A stretch of 64,000 nucleotides of DNA. Source: Candidatus Moanibacter sp. Lineage in GTDB: Bacteria; Verrucomicrobiota; Verrucomicrobiia; Opitutales; UBA2987. Below the pieces are notes generated by a model. It saw only the letters and a list, made by a program, of their open reading frames with translations. It was not told the origin of the DNA and made no database searches. Positions 15,951 through 26,957 of this stretch are shown here, piece by piece. Position numbers and translations under genes: made by a program. The stretch lies in the NCBI GenBank assembly GCA_965226025.1, contig CBDDCD010000003.1:985227-1049226 (forward strand), in the 5' to 3' direction. Each line of letters begins with the position of its first letter. Within the stretch, counting starts at the first letter, position 1.

Positions 15951-17912
15951 GTGAGTAAAGTAATCGGAATCGACCTGGGAACCACCAATTCGTGCATGGC
16001 CGTAATGGAAGGGGGGGAACCGGTCGTGATTCCCAATTCGGAAGGGGCGAGAACGACCCCTTCGGTGGTGGCGTTCGGAAAGAACGGCGAACGTCTCGTC
16101 GGGCAGTCTGCAAAGAGGCAGGCCGTCACTAATCCGGAGAATACCATTTTTTCGGCAAAGCGGTTGATTGGAAGAAAGCACGAAGAGGTGCAGGAGGAGG
16201 CGAAGCATCTCCCTTACAAGATCGGGAAAGGGAAGAATGGCGACGCCTGTATTGAATGTGAGGCCGAGGGCAAGACCGAACAATATACGCCGGAGCAGAT
16301 CTCGTCAATGATATTGGCGAAACTGAAGGCGGATGCGGAGACTTATCTGGGCGAAAAAGTGACCGAGGCCGTGATCACGGTTCCAGCCTATTTCAACGAC
16401 GCTCAGCGCCAGGCCACCAAAGACGCGGGCACCATTGCCGGTCTCGACGTCAAAAGGATCATCAATGAACCCACCGCCGCCTCGCTCGCCTATGGCTTGG
16501 ACAAAAAGAGCGATGAGGTAATCGCGGTCTACGATCTCGGCGGCGGCACCTACGATATTTCCATTCTCGAAATTGGTGACGGCGTCTTTGAAGTCAAAGC
16601 GACCCATGGGGATACCCATTTGGGGGGAGATAACTGGGATGCCACCATAATCGATTGGCTGGTCGAGGAATTTAAGGGTGACAGCGGGATCGATCTGAAG
16701 CAGGACCCGATGGCTCTGCAGCGTCTTAAAGAAGAGGCCGAAAAGGCCAAGATCGCCCTCTCTTCGACGCAGCAAACAGATATCAATCTGCCCTTTATCA
16801 CGGCCGATGCGAGCGGGCCTAAGCATCTAAATGTGAATCTGACTCGGGCAAAGCTGGAGCAACTCTGTGATCGTCTCTTTGAGCGTACTGTGGCTCCATT
16901 TCGAACCTGTCTCGAAGATGCGGAGTTGAGTGCGGGAGATATTCACGAGCTCGTCATGGTGGGAGGGATGACCCGCAGTCCGAAGATCCATGATGTCGCC
17001 AAAGGGCTGGCAGGAAAAGAACCTCACAAGGGAGTGAATCCCGACGAAGTGGTTGCGGTGGGCGCCGCCATTCAGGGTGCCGTCTTACAGGGCGACGTGG
17101 ACTCCGTCCTGCTTCTCGATGTCACGCCGCTCACCCTGAGCATTGAGACCGAAGGGGGCATCTCGAATCCTATGATCGAACGGAACACGACCATTCCAAC
17201 GAAAAAGGCGCAGATCTACTCCACCGCCTCGGACAGCCAACCCAGCGTGGACATTCGCATCCTCCAGGGAGAGCGTCCCATGGCCAGAGATAACAAGGTG
17301 CTGGGTAACTTTCGCCTCGACGGAATCTCGCCGGCTCCGCGGGGTGTGCCTCAGATCGAGGTGACCTATGATATTGACGCCAACGGAATACTTCAGGTCA
17401 CGGCCAAAGACATGGGGACGGGACGCGATCAAAAGATCTCCATTACAGGTTCATCGGGGTTGAGCCAGGAAGAGATTGACAAGATGCGCGAAGAGGCCGA
17501 ATCGCATGCCGCCGAAGACAGCAAGCTGAAGGGGGAAGTCGAGACTCGCAACAAACTGGACACCCTCATCTACCAGACCGAAAAGCTGATTAAAGAGAAC
17601 GGGGATAAGATTCCTGACGACAAAAAGAGCGCTATCGAGGAGTTGATCACGGAGGCCCGTAAAGCGGTCGAATCGAATAATGTTGAACAGATGAATGCGG
17701 CCTTGGAGAAACTCCAGAACGACAAGACGCTCCAGGAAGCGGTAACGGAGATGTATGCCCAGGCCCAGGCAGAGGCCGGCGCTCCACCCGAGGAGGCTGC
17801 ATCCGGTTCCACACCTCCTCCCGAAACGGCTACCGGCTCGAGTGGAAATGCAGCCGACGAAAGTGTGGTCGATGCCGATTTTGAAATGGTCGACGACGAG
17901 AAAGAGAAGTGA
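15951..17912 (+). CDS. dnaK: Molecular chaperone DnaK (Hsp70)
   Basis: ORF 15888..17912. The canonical N-terminus (M)[13 protein letters not shown] starts at GTG 15951. Also shows [20 protein letters not shown] and an acidic C-terminal tail. Confidence 0.95.
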   Translation: MSKVIGIDLGTTNSCMAVMEGGEPVVIPNSEGARTTPSVVAFGKNGERLVGQSAKRQAVTNPENTIFSAKRLIGRKHEEVQEEAKHLPYKIGKGKNGDACIECEAEGKTEQYTPEQISSMILAKLKADAETYLGEKVTEAVITVPAYFNDAQRQATKDAGTIAGLDVKRIINEPTAASLAYGLDKKSDEVIAVYDLGGGTYDISILEIGDGVFEVKATHGDTHLGGDNWDATIIDWLVEEFKGDSGIDLKQDPMALQRLKEEAEKAKIALSSTQQTDINLPFITADASGPKHLNVNLTRAKLEQLCDRLFERTVAPFRTCLEDAELSAGDIHELVMVGGMTRSPKIHDVAKGLAGKEPHKGVNPDEVVAVGAAIQGAVLQGDVDSVLLLDVTPLTLSIETEGGISNPMIERNTTIPTKKAQIYSTASDSQPSVDIRILQGERPMARDNKVLGNFRLDGISPAPRGVPQIEVTYDIDANGILQVTAKDMGTGRDQKISITGSSGLSQEEIDKMREEAESHAAEDSKLKGEVETRNKLDTLIYQTEKLIKENGDKIPDDKKSAIEELITEARKAVESNNVEQMNAALEKLQNDKTLQEAVTEMYAQAQAEAGAPPEEAASGSTPPPETATGSSGNAADESVVDADFEMVDDEKEK

Positions 17913-17992
17913 ATTTATCTCGGAGGCGAGGCCGCTTGTGCGGTGAAACTCTCCCCGGGAAAGTGATTACCCAAATTGAACGAATCTCACAA

Positions 17993-18059
17993 GAAATCTG
18001 TCGGAGAAGCTTTGGCACTTGTAGAGCAATCGAATGACAAAGTTCGACAGACTCCTAGC
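17993..18059 (-). repeat. Dispersed inverted-repeat element, short form
   Basis: GAAATCTGTCGGAGAAGCTTTGGCACTTGTAGAGCAATCGAATGACAAAGTTCGACAGACTCCTAGC. Lies between dnaK and groES. Confidence 0.85.
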
Positions 18060-18096
18060 TTGAGATAGATTAACCCAAAAAAAGGAAGAAGCACGT

Positions 18097-18390
18097 ATGA
18101 AACCTAAGATCAAACCTCTCGGAGACCGCGTTTTGATATCGGCGGTCGAAGAAGATGAGCAAGTTAAGGGCGGAATCATCATTCCCGATACGGCCAAGGA
18201 AAAGCCTCAAGAAGCTGAGGTTATTGCTTTGGGAACGGGAAAGACAGATGACAATGGAAAGGTCATCAAATTCGCCGTAAAAGTTGGAGATCGAGTGATC
18301 GTCAGCAAGTATGGAGGTACCGAAGTCAAATTTGACGATCGGGAATACTCTCTGGTACGCGAGGACGATATCCTCGGAATAATCGGTTAA
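18097..18390 (+). CDS. groES: Co-chaperonin GroES
   Basis: 97-aa [13 protein letters not shown]...[22 protein letters not shown]...[14 protein letters not shown]. Confidence 0.95.
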   Translation: MKPKIKPLGDRVLISAVEEDEQVKGGIIIPDTAKEKPQEAEVIALGTGKTDDNGKVIKFAVKVGDRVIVSKYGGTEVKFDDREYSLVREDDILGIIG

Positions 18391-20055
<1,665 letters not shown>

Positions 20056-20088
20056 GCCCCGAATCCAATCTTTAACGATTAACGCAAG

Positions 20089-20123
20089 AACGCTTCCCTC
20101 AAAAGGGGAAGCGTTTTGCTTTT
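20089..20123 (+). terminator. Rho-independent terminator after groEL
   Basis: Stem AACGCTTCCC / GGGAAGCGTT (20089..20098 and 20106..20115) with a 7-nt loop, followed by TTGCTTTT. Confidence 0.75.
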
Positions 20124-20145
20124 GAGGACTAGTACAATGTCCCGT

Positions 20146-20958
20146 CTAAATATTCGGATATAGTTTCTTGAGTTTGATCCTTGCATCATCGGTCGTAAAG
20201 CGCGAATCAATCTTGGACTGGCGTCCGTTGCGATCCCTTTCCCATGCTGAGATTTCTCTGCACATGCTAGCCACGTCCGGAATTCTTCGGTCCAGGCACT
20301 GGCTATTCAGGGCACTGAGTTCGATCTCTGCGATATTGAGCCAACTACCGTGTTTGGGGGTATAATGGATCTCCAATCGCTCGGCCAATGCTCTGGCTTC
20401 GGGGGCCGCAAAGGTCTCGTAGAGAGAGGTAATTGAATGGGTATTGAGATTGTCCATCACAAGAATCACCTTTGCGGCCTCGGGATAGTGCACAATCAAC
20501 AGTTCCCTGATCTGCAGGGCCCAGTCTTTGCGGGTTCTTCTTGCGGTGACGCTGACGTGGCGCCAGCCTCCCAACGGTTCAACGAACAAGAAGATTTCAG
20601 CGACCCCCTTTCGGGCGTATTCATGGTCGTAGCGCATTGGCTTTCCGGGGGCCGTTGGAATAGGCACCTTGACCTCATCGACGAGCTGCTTGCACGATTC
20701 ATCCATGCATATTTGAGGATACATCGGATCGTAGGGAAGATGATATACCGCCAAGATGTCTTCCATGCACGCGACAAAAGCCGCACTCTGTTTTGGCGGA
20801 ATTTTCCAGCACTTCCTCAGGTGAGGCTTAAGTTCGTTGTTTTTAATGCCTTCTGCACTGATGACTTTGAGATCTGCTCGAAGATATCCAAACGCACCAG
20901 TTCTTCGGCCAGAAGCCGCACTGTCCATCGTTTGCGCCCCGGCGGTGGCGAGGAACAA
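20146..20958 (-). CDS. IS630 transposase OrfB (DDE catalytic part, expressed by -1 frameshift from OrfA)
   Basis: Contains ICMDESCKQ (D), VILVMDNLNTHS (D), HGSWLNIAEIE (E). A -1 slip on TTAAAAAC (complement of 20839..20846) joins ...VQKALK to NNELKPHLRKCWKIPP, the usual IS630 junction. Confidence 0.8.
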   Translation of the reverse strand: MFLATAGAQTMDSAASGRRTGAFGYLRADLKVISAEGIKNNELKPHLRKCWKIPPKQSAAFVACMEDILAVYHLPYDPMYPQICMDESCKQLVDEVKVPIPTAPGKPMRYDHEYARKGVAEIFLFVEPLGGWRHVSVTARRTRKDWALQIRELLIVHYPEAAKVILVMDNLNTHSITSLYETFAAPEARALAERLEIHYTPKHGSWLNIAEIELSALNSQCLDRRIPDVASMCREISAWERDRNGRQSKIDSRFTTDDARIKLKKLYPNI

Positions 20959-21278
20959 GCCAAGGCCAGCAACCTTGCCTCTTTTTCACCGTCGAAGATC
21001 GACGGCACCGGGGGCGTTTCCCGTTTCTTGCGGTCCAGCGCCGCTGTCATCCCGCCTTCGACGAAACGCCGTTTCGTATTCTCTACCGTGCGCGACGTTA
21101 CCCCGAGTGCTTGGGCAATGCGGGCACTCGTCCACGCTGGACCCTCATGACCACTGTCACACAACAGCAATGTTCGTGCGCGAACGAATTTCTTCGCTCC
21201 GACTCTGTCCCTCCTGGTCAACAATTCGAGCTCAAACCGTTCTTCGGCGATAAGCTCAATCCGATATCGCTTTGCCAT
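20817..21278 (-). CDS. IS630 transposase OrfA (HTH DNA-binding part)
   Basis: Starts MAKRYRIELIAEER at ATG 21278, preceded by AAGGAGG. Winged-helix / HTH-like sequence. Ends just after the A-run frameshift site. Confidence 0.8.
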   Translation of the reverse strand: MAKRYRIELIAEERFELELLTRRDRVGAKKFVRARTLLLCDSGHEGPAWTSARIAQALGVTSRTVENTKRRFVEGGMTAALDRKKRETPPVPSIFDGEKEARLLALACSSPPPGRKRWTVRLLAEELVRLDIFEQISKSSVQKALKTTNLSLT

Positions 21279-21401
21279 GGCAACCTCCTTTCCTAAGAGT
21301 TGCCAATAATACAATACGAATATTTAATGCGGACAATGTACTAGGTAAGAATCTATCGTTGAGGCTTGCGACAAGGGAGGGATCGGTAGTTTGGTTGCCC
21401 A

Positions 21402-23030
21402 ATGACTACCCCCAAAGTTCGCGTTTATCTCGCCTGGCTTCTCTGGGGTTCCGGTTTTGTCGTCGCCGGAACAGACTACGCGGTGCGGGCAATATGGCCG
21501 AGCCTTGTCGCCCTTGGTGTAGTCCTGCTGATCCGTCGCGTCTTAACCGGTTTGATGGCGGGAGGATCAGCCGGAGTGATCATTCTCGAAGAAGGGAATC
21601 CCTTTTCCGCGTTCACTGCTTTCTTTTCTGAACACCTGGTTCCGTCACTTCAGGATAGTTGGAAAGTCGGTGCTCTCATCTTCACGCTCTTACTTGGAGG
21701 TTTCGTTTCCCTGGTTGAGAGAGGAGGTGGGTTCCATGGGCTGGTTACGGGATTTCTCCTCCGTGGGAAGCGTCCGGCGAGTAGGCTTCAATGGTCTACC
21801 ATGGCAGTCGGTCTGGTCCTCTTCTTCGACGGTCTGGCCAACAGTATGCTGGTGGGAAGGATGATGCGAAGTCTGGCCGATCGTTGTGGAGTTTCGAGGG
21901 TCAAGCTGGCCTATCTGGTCGATTCAACGAGTTCCACCGTGGCTTGTATCGCTTTTGTATCCACCTGGATCGCGACCCAGCTGGCAATGATTCGGGAGGG
22001 GTATGTGATGGCGGGAAGATCCGAAGAGGCGGCACCCTACGCCCTTTTCTTCGAATCAATACCCTACAACTTTTATTGCCTCTTCACTCTCATCCTGCTG
22101 GCTGTTGCGATCGGGAGAAACTTCAACCCCGGCTCGATGGGTGACTTCGAAAATCCCGGAGCGGCAGATAATAATGAGGTGCTCGGGCGGCGTCGGGTTT
22201 CGTTGGGAGAAGACGGCGACATCGCTCTGGGCGAAGTTCGAGCGTCCCACTGGATTCGAGCCCTATTGCCGATCGGCGTTCTGGTCTGTTCGCTCTTGGC
22301 GGGGGTCTACCTGTCGGGCCCGGAGAGGGCCTGGCCGATCACGGCGGAGAAGATCGTGGCCGCTTTCGGGGGTAATCAGGTCGTCGATGTGTTGCTCTGG
22401 TCCAGCGCCTTCGCTTCGTTGGTCGCATTTTCGCTTTTTCCACGAGGTGAGGATCGGGAATCGCCCTCGGTTGTTTTCCTGGAGGGGGTTCAATCCCTCT
22501 TTATCCCCATCCTGATCCTGGTGGGCGCATGGATCCTCAGCAGTACGCTCGACCAGCTTCAGGCCGCGGAAGTGATCTCCGGTCTCTTGCGAGGGCATCT
22601 CCCCATTTATGCTATTCCCGCTTCCGTTTTCGTTCTTGGGGCCTTCATCTCCTTCTCCACCGGTTCCGCTTGGGGAACGATGATCATTCTCATGCCGCTA
22701 GCGATTACGGTTCTCTTTGGGTTGAGTGTGGAATCGGGCTTCGATCCGGACCGCGAAATTCTCGCCGCAGTTGTCGGAGCCGTGTTCAGTGGGGCTGTCT
22801 TTGGGGATCATTGCTCTCCCATCAGCGATACGACCATCGTCTCCTCAATCTCCTGTGACGTAGAGCCACACGACCATATCCGGACTCAATTGCCCTACGC
22901 ATTGATTGCAGCGATGGCCGCCCTGGTATTGGGCTTTCTACCCGCTGGTTTCGGACTCAGCCCGTGGATTTCTCTGGCGATTGGCCTGACTATCCTTTGG
23001 TGTGCGCCTAACTTCCTTCGGCGTCTCTGA
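21402..23030 (+). CDS. nhaC: Na+/H+ antiporter, NhaC family
   Basis: 542-aa polytopic ORF. GALIFTLLLGGFVSLVERGGG and SGAVFGDHCSPISDTTIVSS are typical NhaC-family motifs. Confidence 0.8.
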   Translation: MTTPKVRVYLAWLLWGSGFVVAGTDYAVRAIWPSLVALGVVLLIRRVLTGLMAGGSAGVIILEEGNPFSAFTAFFSEHLVPSLQDSWKVGALIFTLLLGGFVSLVERGGGFHGLVTGFLLRGKRPASRLQWSTMAVGLVLFFDGLANSMLVGRMMRSLADRCGVSRVKLAYLVDSTSSTVACIAFVSTWIATQLAMIREGYVMAGRSEEAAPYALFFESIPYNFYCLFTLILLAVAIGRNFNPGSMGDFENPGAADNNEVLGRRRVSLGEDGDIALGEVRASHWIRALLPIGVLVCSLLAGVYLSGPERAWPITAEKIVAAFGGNQVVDVLLWSSAFASLVAFSLFPRGEDRESPSVVFLEGVQSLFIPILILVGAWILSSTLDQLQAAEVISGLLRGHLPIYAIPASVFVLGAFISFSTGSAWGTMIILMPLAITVLFGLSVESGFDPDREILAAVVGAVFSGAVFGDHCSPISDTTIVSSISCDVEPHDHIRTQLPYALIAAMAALVLGFLPAGFGLSPWISLAIGLTILWCAPNFLRRL

Positions 23031-23258
23031 CGGCCCGAACATTTCACAGATCTTCTACTACGATCCCGGCAGGCCGGGACGACCTCAGAGGGTCTTAACT
23101 CTCTTTCACCCGCTGCGCTGCGGAAAGGCGTTGGCACGTAGCGATTCCCGGCGTGCCGGGATCTCGCGACGAAGCAATGTCCGGGCCGCGGGTGGCCTTT
23201 TTACAGGACGAAACACTTGTCTTTCAGGTGGGTTCGCGGCGTGCTTCGACCGCAGTCC

Positions 23259-23420
23259 ACGATTGAGTGAACGACGGGAGTGGAGGCATCAGTAAGGTCG
23301 CCGAAGTCGTTCACTGAGTCGTGCCCTAAAGTCGATTCGGAGTTCTCGATTACAGTGGACGATTGGGTGGACGACGGGAGGAGATACCGGAAGGGATGTC
23401 GCTGTCGTTCACTGAATCGT
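23259..23420 (+). ncRNA. Candidate structured RNA: two tandem 17-bp hairpins exactly 100 nt apart
   Basis: Unit A pairs ACGATTGAGTGAACGAC (23259..23275) with GTCGTTCACTGAGTCGT (23306..23322). Unit B pairs ACGATTGGGTGGACGAC (23359..23375) with GTCGTTCACTGAATCGT (23404..23420). Arm differences are tolerated as G-U pairs only if the + strand is transcribed. Both loops start GGGAG. Confidence 0.3.
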
Positions 23421-23535
23421 GCACTGCGATCGGATTCGTCTAATCTCGGAAGATTCAGGAGAGTGTGTGAAATATCCGGTCTAAGGAATACGTTGACATG
23501 CAGAAAAGGGCAGTCCATTAATCCGTTTTTTGAGG

Positions 23536-23605
23536 CTAGGAGTCTGTCGGACTTTGTGAATCGATTTCTGTGCAAGAATCAGAGCTCGTCCGACAGACTC
23601 CGAGC
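23536..23605 (+). repeat. Dispersed inverted-repeat element, short form
   Basis: CTAGGAGTCTGTCGGACTTTGTGAATCGATTTCTGTGCAAGAATCAGAGCTCGTCCGACAGACTCCGAGC. Confidence 0.85.
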
Positions 23606-23623
23606 CTCATGCAAACAGAGTGC

Positions 23624-23651
23624 TTGACCACAACGGGGACAGATTTACATT
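23624..23651 (+). promoter_or_regulatory. Possible sigma70-type promoter of the TonB cluster
   Basis: TTGACC (23624..23629), 16-nt spacer, TACATT (23646..23651), ~80 nt upstream of the first gene. This is pattern match only. Confidence 0.25.
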
Positions 23652-23731
23652 AACCGCCTCGTGAGCAATAAAGGTAGAGTCTGGTATCTCTTCCTCAATG
23701 TAGGGGGCTTTATTCTGGATCGTAATTGAAG

Positions 23732-24505
23732 ATGGTTATACGTTGTCTTTTTCTTAAGTTTGGACTGTTGGGTTTAGGGATAGCTGTATTCCTCCCTGGA
23801 CTATCGGGCCAGTCAAAATTCGAGGATACTCGCGCAACGCTACTGAAATGGATCGAAACGGAAGGTGAGATCGCCAAGGCGAATAACGAGTGGACGGAGG
23901 AAAAGGAGACTCTCGACGATATCCTCAGTGTTCTCGAATCTGAAAAAGGGATGCTTCAGGAGGCCCTCGACAAGAGTGAGGAAGAGATTTCTCAGGTCGA
24001 TGCTAAGAGAGCTAAACTCGGCGCCAAGAGAGATGGTCTGAAGGAGGCTTCGGGCGTCATTAGCCAGGTTATCGGGGGCCTGGAGAAAAAGCTCCATGAG
24101 CTCCATCCCTATTTCCCGGGGCCACTGCAGAACACGATCGCTCCTCTTTACTCGAGGGTTCCGGAGGCCGGGGAGGATACAAACGCCTCGCTTTCAGCGC
24201 GAATGCAAAACGTAGTCGGCATTTTGACGCAGGTGGACAAGTTTAATGGTGGAATCACTCTGCACAGCAGCCCCAAGAAACTCGACAGCGGGAAGACGGT
24301 TCAAATTAAGACACTCTACCTCGGGCTCGGATGCGCCTTTTTTATCGACAAGGTTGGTTCCTATGCCGGTCTCGGAGTTCCGGGACCTGATGGTTGGGAT
24401 TGGAAGGAACGTGCCGATCTAGCTCCTGTGATCGCGGAAGTCATCGATGTATACGAAGACCCGCAAAAGGCTAGCTTCGTCCAGCTGCCGATCAGTGTAA
24501 AGTGA
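23732..24505 (+). CDS. DUF3450-type periplasmic coiled-coil protein (TtpB-like, first gene of TonB2-type clusters)
   Basis: Signal peptide, then coiled-coil (TLLKWIETEGEIAKANNEWTEEKETL...) and C-terminal TLYLGLGCAFFIDKVGSYAG. ATG at 23732 (the track starts at TTG 23726). Confidence 0.7.
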   Translation: MVIRCLFLKFGLLGLGIAVFLPGLSGQSKFEDTRATLLKWIETEGEIAKANNEWTEEKETLDDILSVLESEKGMLQEALDKSEEEISQVDAKRAKLGAKRDGLKEASGVISQVIGGLEKKLHELHPYFPGPLQNTIAPLYSRVPEAGEDTNASLSARMQNVVGILTQVDKFNGGITLHSSPKKLDSGKTVQIKTLYLGLGCAFFIDKVGSYAGLGVPGPDGWDWKERADLAPVIAEVIDVYEDPQKASFVQLPISVK

Positions 24506-24519
24506 CTTTGGATTGTTAA

Positions 24520-25908
24520 ATGAAAAAGCTAATCATCTTTCTTCTCGTTTCCTGCGCCGTCCCTGCCTTCGGCCAGAACTATCAGCGTGCCGCATCTTCC
24601 GCCAAGAGAGATCTCACCCAAGCTTTGAAGCGCGTCGAGACGGCCAGGCAAGAGATCGTCGACGCCAAAATCCCGATTTCGCAGGAGCGGACCCGGTTGA
24701 TCGGTGAAGTGATCAAAAAACGCCGTCAGGTGGAGGAATCGCTGCGAACCCGGGACAATCGAACGGTCGATCTCCAATCCATCGAGAAGGAGATCAAGAA
24801 AAGAGAGGATGAGGTAACCTATCTGGCGAGTTTGCTGGGTGACTATGTGCAGCGATTCGAGAGCCAGATCCACATCGGTGAAGTACAGCTCTATGAAGAG
24901 ATATTGAATGAAGCTAAACACTTGCAAGAGAATCAAACCATCAGCGAAAGGGAGAAGCTTATTCGGCAGGTCAAGGTCGTGGAGCTGGGCCTTGACCGTA
25001 TCAAAAGATTGGCCGGTGGCGACTCGTTTGAGGGTTTCGCCCTTTCACCTGCGGATGTTCGGGAAGAGGGAACCTACGTCATGATGGGACCGGTCACTCT
25101 TTTCGCAAGCAAGGTAAGTAACACGGCCGGGTTGGTCGTTGTCGAGACCGGATCGGCGCTTCCATCGGTGGTCGAAATCGATGATATCGCCTCGGTTGCG
25201 ATCAGGGAAGTGGCGGCAAAGGGAGAGGGGACGGTTCCGGTCGACGCAACCTTGGGCAATGCTACAAAGGTCATCGATGCGAAGGACACACTTGTAGAAC
25301 ACGTAAAAAAGGGACAGATCGTCGGCTATTTCATTCTTGGTTTGGCCGCCTTGTGCCTACTCATAGCGCTCTACAAATGGATCGAAATTTCGGGAGTGAG
25401 GCGGGCCCGACCGCAGGATCTTCAAGAGATTCTTCGACTCCTGCGAGACGGTAAGAGGGATGAGGCGCTTAACAAAGCGAAGGGAATCAAGGGTCCGGTT
25501 GGGCTTCTTTTGACGGATGGCGTTGAACATTCGGAAGACAGTAAGGACCTTCTCGAGGAAGTGCTTTACGAACGGCTGATTCAGACTCAGCCCCAACTCG
25601 AACGTATGATTCCTTTTATCGCGGTCGTTGCCGCGACCGCTCCTCTGATGGGTCTGCTCGGCACCGTCACCGGGATGATCAAGACCTTTAAATTGATAAC
25701 CGTCTTCGGGACGGGTGATGCAAGGTCGTTGTCGAGTGGCATTTCCGAGGCCCTGGTCACGACCGAGTTCGGACTCTGTGTTGCGATTCCTGCTCTCATA
25801 ATCCATGCCCTCCTCCTGCGCAGGACAAAAGGCGTTCTCGCGAGTATGGAACAAACCGCGGTTGCCTTTAAGAACGGTTTGGAAACGGAGGCGGAGGCAG
25901 GAACGTGA
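24520..25908 (+). CDS. Long MotA/TolQ/ExbB-family protein with large periplasmic N-domain (TtpC-like)
   Basis: 462-aa ORF. N-terminal signal plus coiled-coil. C-terminal third has the proton-channel motif APLMGLLGTVTGMIKTF...GISEALVTTEFGLCVAIPALI. Confidence 0.8.
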   Translation: MKKLIIFLLVSCAVPAFGQNYQRAASSAKRDLTQALKRVETARQEIVDAKIPISQERTRLIGEVIKKRRQVEESLRTRDNRTVDLQSIEKEIKKREDEVTYLASLLGDYVQRFESQIHIGEVQLYEEILNEAKHLQENQTISEREKLIRQVKVVELGLDRIKRLAGGDSFEGFALSPADVREEGTYVMMGPVTLFASKVSNTAGLVVVETGSALPSVVEIDDIASVAIREVAAKGEGTVPVDATLGNATKVIDAKDTLVEHVKKGQIVGYFILGLAALCLLIALYKWIEISGVRRARPQDLQEILRLLRDGKRDEALNKAKGIKGPVGLLLTDGVEHSEDSKDLLEEVLYERLIQTQPQLERMIPFIAVVAATAPLMGLLGTVTGMIKTFKLITVFGTGDARSLSSGISEALVTTEFGLCVAIPALIIHALLLRRTKGVLASMEQTAVAFKNGLETEAEAGT

Positions 25909-26516
25909 TTCCCGTCGCAACCCTGTGGGACGACATCTGGGAGGTGTGGGGCGCCGGTGGGATGCTCATGGTGCCCTTGTTTCTTCTCGCCTTGATGATC
26001 TATTTCTACGCCCTGCAGTTGCTTTTCTTTTTTCGAAAGTCTGATTACAACACTGTCGAAGAGTCGAAATGGACACGTTGGATTGAAGAGCCCAGTGAGA
26101 GCAGCGGAAACATCGGTGAGATGATTCGGTACAGCCAGGACGGCGTCAAAACGGTCCGGGATGTTCAGAGTCGCTTTGATGAAATCAAAGCTGCCAATAT
26201 TCCTCCCATCGAGAGCAGGATTATCTTTCTCAGCATACTGGTGACTGTTGCGCCCCTGATGGGTCTCCTCGGTACGGTGATGGGGATGCTGACCACGTTT
26301 AGGGGATTGGCTCTGAGTTCCGGCCAGATTATCGATGTCGTGGCGAAGGGAATATCGGAGGCTCTCATCACTACCCAGACGGGACTGATCATCGCCATTC
26401 CGGGTTACATTCTGGTCTATATGCTCAACCGGAGACGCCAGGAGATGGCCGCCTTTCTCGGGCGATTGGAGAGCAGTAGCCTCCAGCATTTCACGGTCAA
26501 ACTGGCAACGGCCTAA
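25905..26516 (+). CDS. exbB: ExbB (MotA/TolQ/ExbB proton channel)
   Basis: 203-aa ORF. GTG start overlaps the upstream stop (GTGA). APLMGLLGTVMGMLTTF...GISEALITTQTGLIIAIPGY. Confidence 0.85.
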   Translation: MIPVATLWDDIWEVWGAGGMLMVPLFLLALMIYFYALQLLFFFRKSDYNTVEESKWTRWIEEPSESSGNIGEMIRYSQDGVKTVRDVQSRFDEIKAANIPPIESRIIFLSILVTVAPLMGLLGTVMGMLTTFRGLALSSGQIIDVVAKGISEALITTQTGLIIAIPGYILVYMLNRRRQEMAAFLGRLESSSLQHFTVKLATA

Positions 26517-26530
26517 GGCGAATTGAAAGC

Positions 26531-26938
26531 ATGAGCGCAGCCCACAGAAGACTTTCCGGGGAGAGTGATCGAGTCGAGATCAACATCTCGCCGATGATCG
26601 ATTGCGTGTTCATTTTGCTGATCTTTTTTATCGTGACCACGGTTTTCGTGGAGGAGGAGGGATTGAATGTGAACAAACCCCAACCCGCCGCGACCCAGAG
26701 TCTCGACAAAGACCTGATCACCATCAAGATCACGCAAAAGGGCCAGATCTTCCATGAGGGAAGAAGCATCGGATTGAGTGGCGTTCGGCGGGAAGTCCGC
26801 AATAAGCTCTCCCGCGAAAAACTCCCGGTCGTGCTCCAGGTGGAGAATGATGCCCCGGCCGGAATCCTCGTTCGTGTCATGGATGAGGCGAAACTGGGAG
26901 GGGCGGAGGAGATCAGCATAAACTCGGCCGGAAGTTGA
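26531..26938 (+). CDS. exbD: ExbD/TolR biopolymer transport protein
   Basis: 135-aa ORF. INISPMIDCVFILLIFFIVTT followed by a periplasmic domain. Confidence 0.9.
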   Translation: MSAAHRRLSGESDRVEINISPMIDCVFILLIFFIVTTVFVEEEGLNVNKPQPAATQSLDKDLITIKITQKGQIFHEGRSIGLSGVRREVRNKLSREKLPVVLQVENDAPAGILVRVMDEAKLGGAEEISINSAGS

Positions 26939-26957
26939 AACACTCTAAACTCGAATC

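Larger units (their letters stand above)
20132..21341 (-). mobile_element. IS630-family insertion sequence (1210 bp) flanked by TA duplication
   Basis: Left end GTACAATGTCCCGTCTAAATATTCGGA. Reverse complement of right end is GTACATTGTCCGCATTAAATATTCGTA. TA at 20130..20131 and at 21342..21343. Two overlapping transposase ORFs. Confidence 0.85.

Noticed and set aside
15789-18096. CIRCE (TTAGCACTC-N9-GAGTGCTAA) or RpoH-type heat-shock promoter upstream of dnaK and groES
   Set aside because: I looked through 15789..15950 and 17913..18096 and found no convincing CIRCE inverted repeat or CTTGAAA / CCCCATnT pair. The palindromic sequence between dnaK and groES is a copy of the dispersed element, not CIRCE.
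23031-23258. Possible terminator or small hairpins after nhaC (for example CCCGGCAGGCCGGG near 23065 and GGCACG...CGTGCC near 23134-23157)
   Set aside because: The stems are short and not followed by a T-run, so I cannot support a terminator call from sequence alone.
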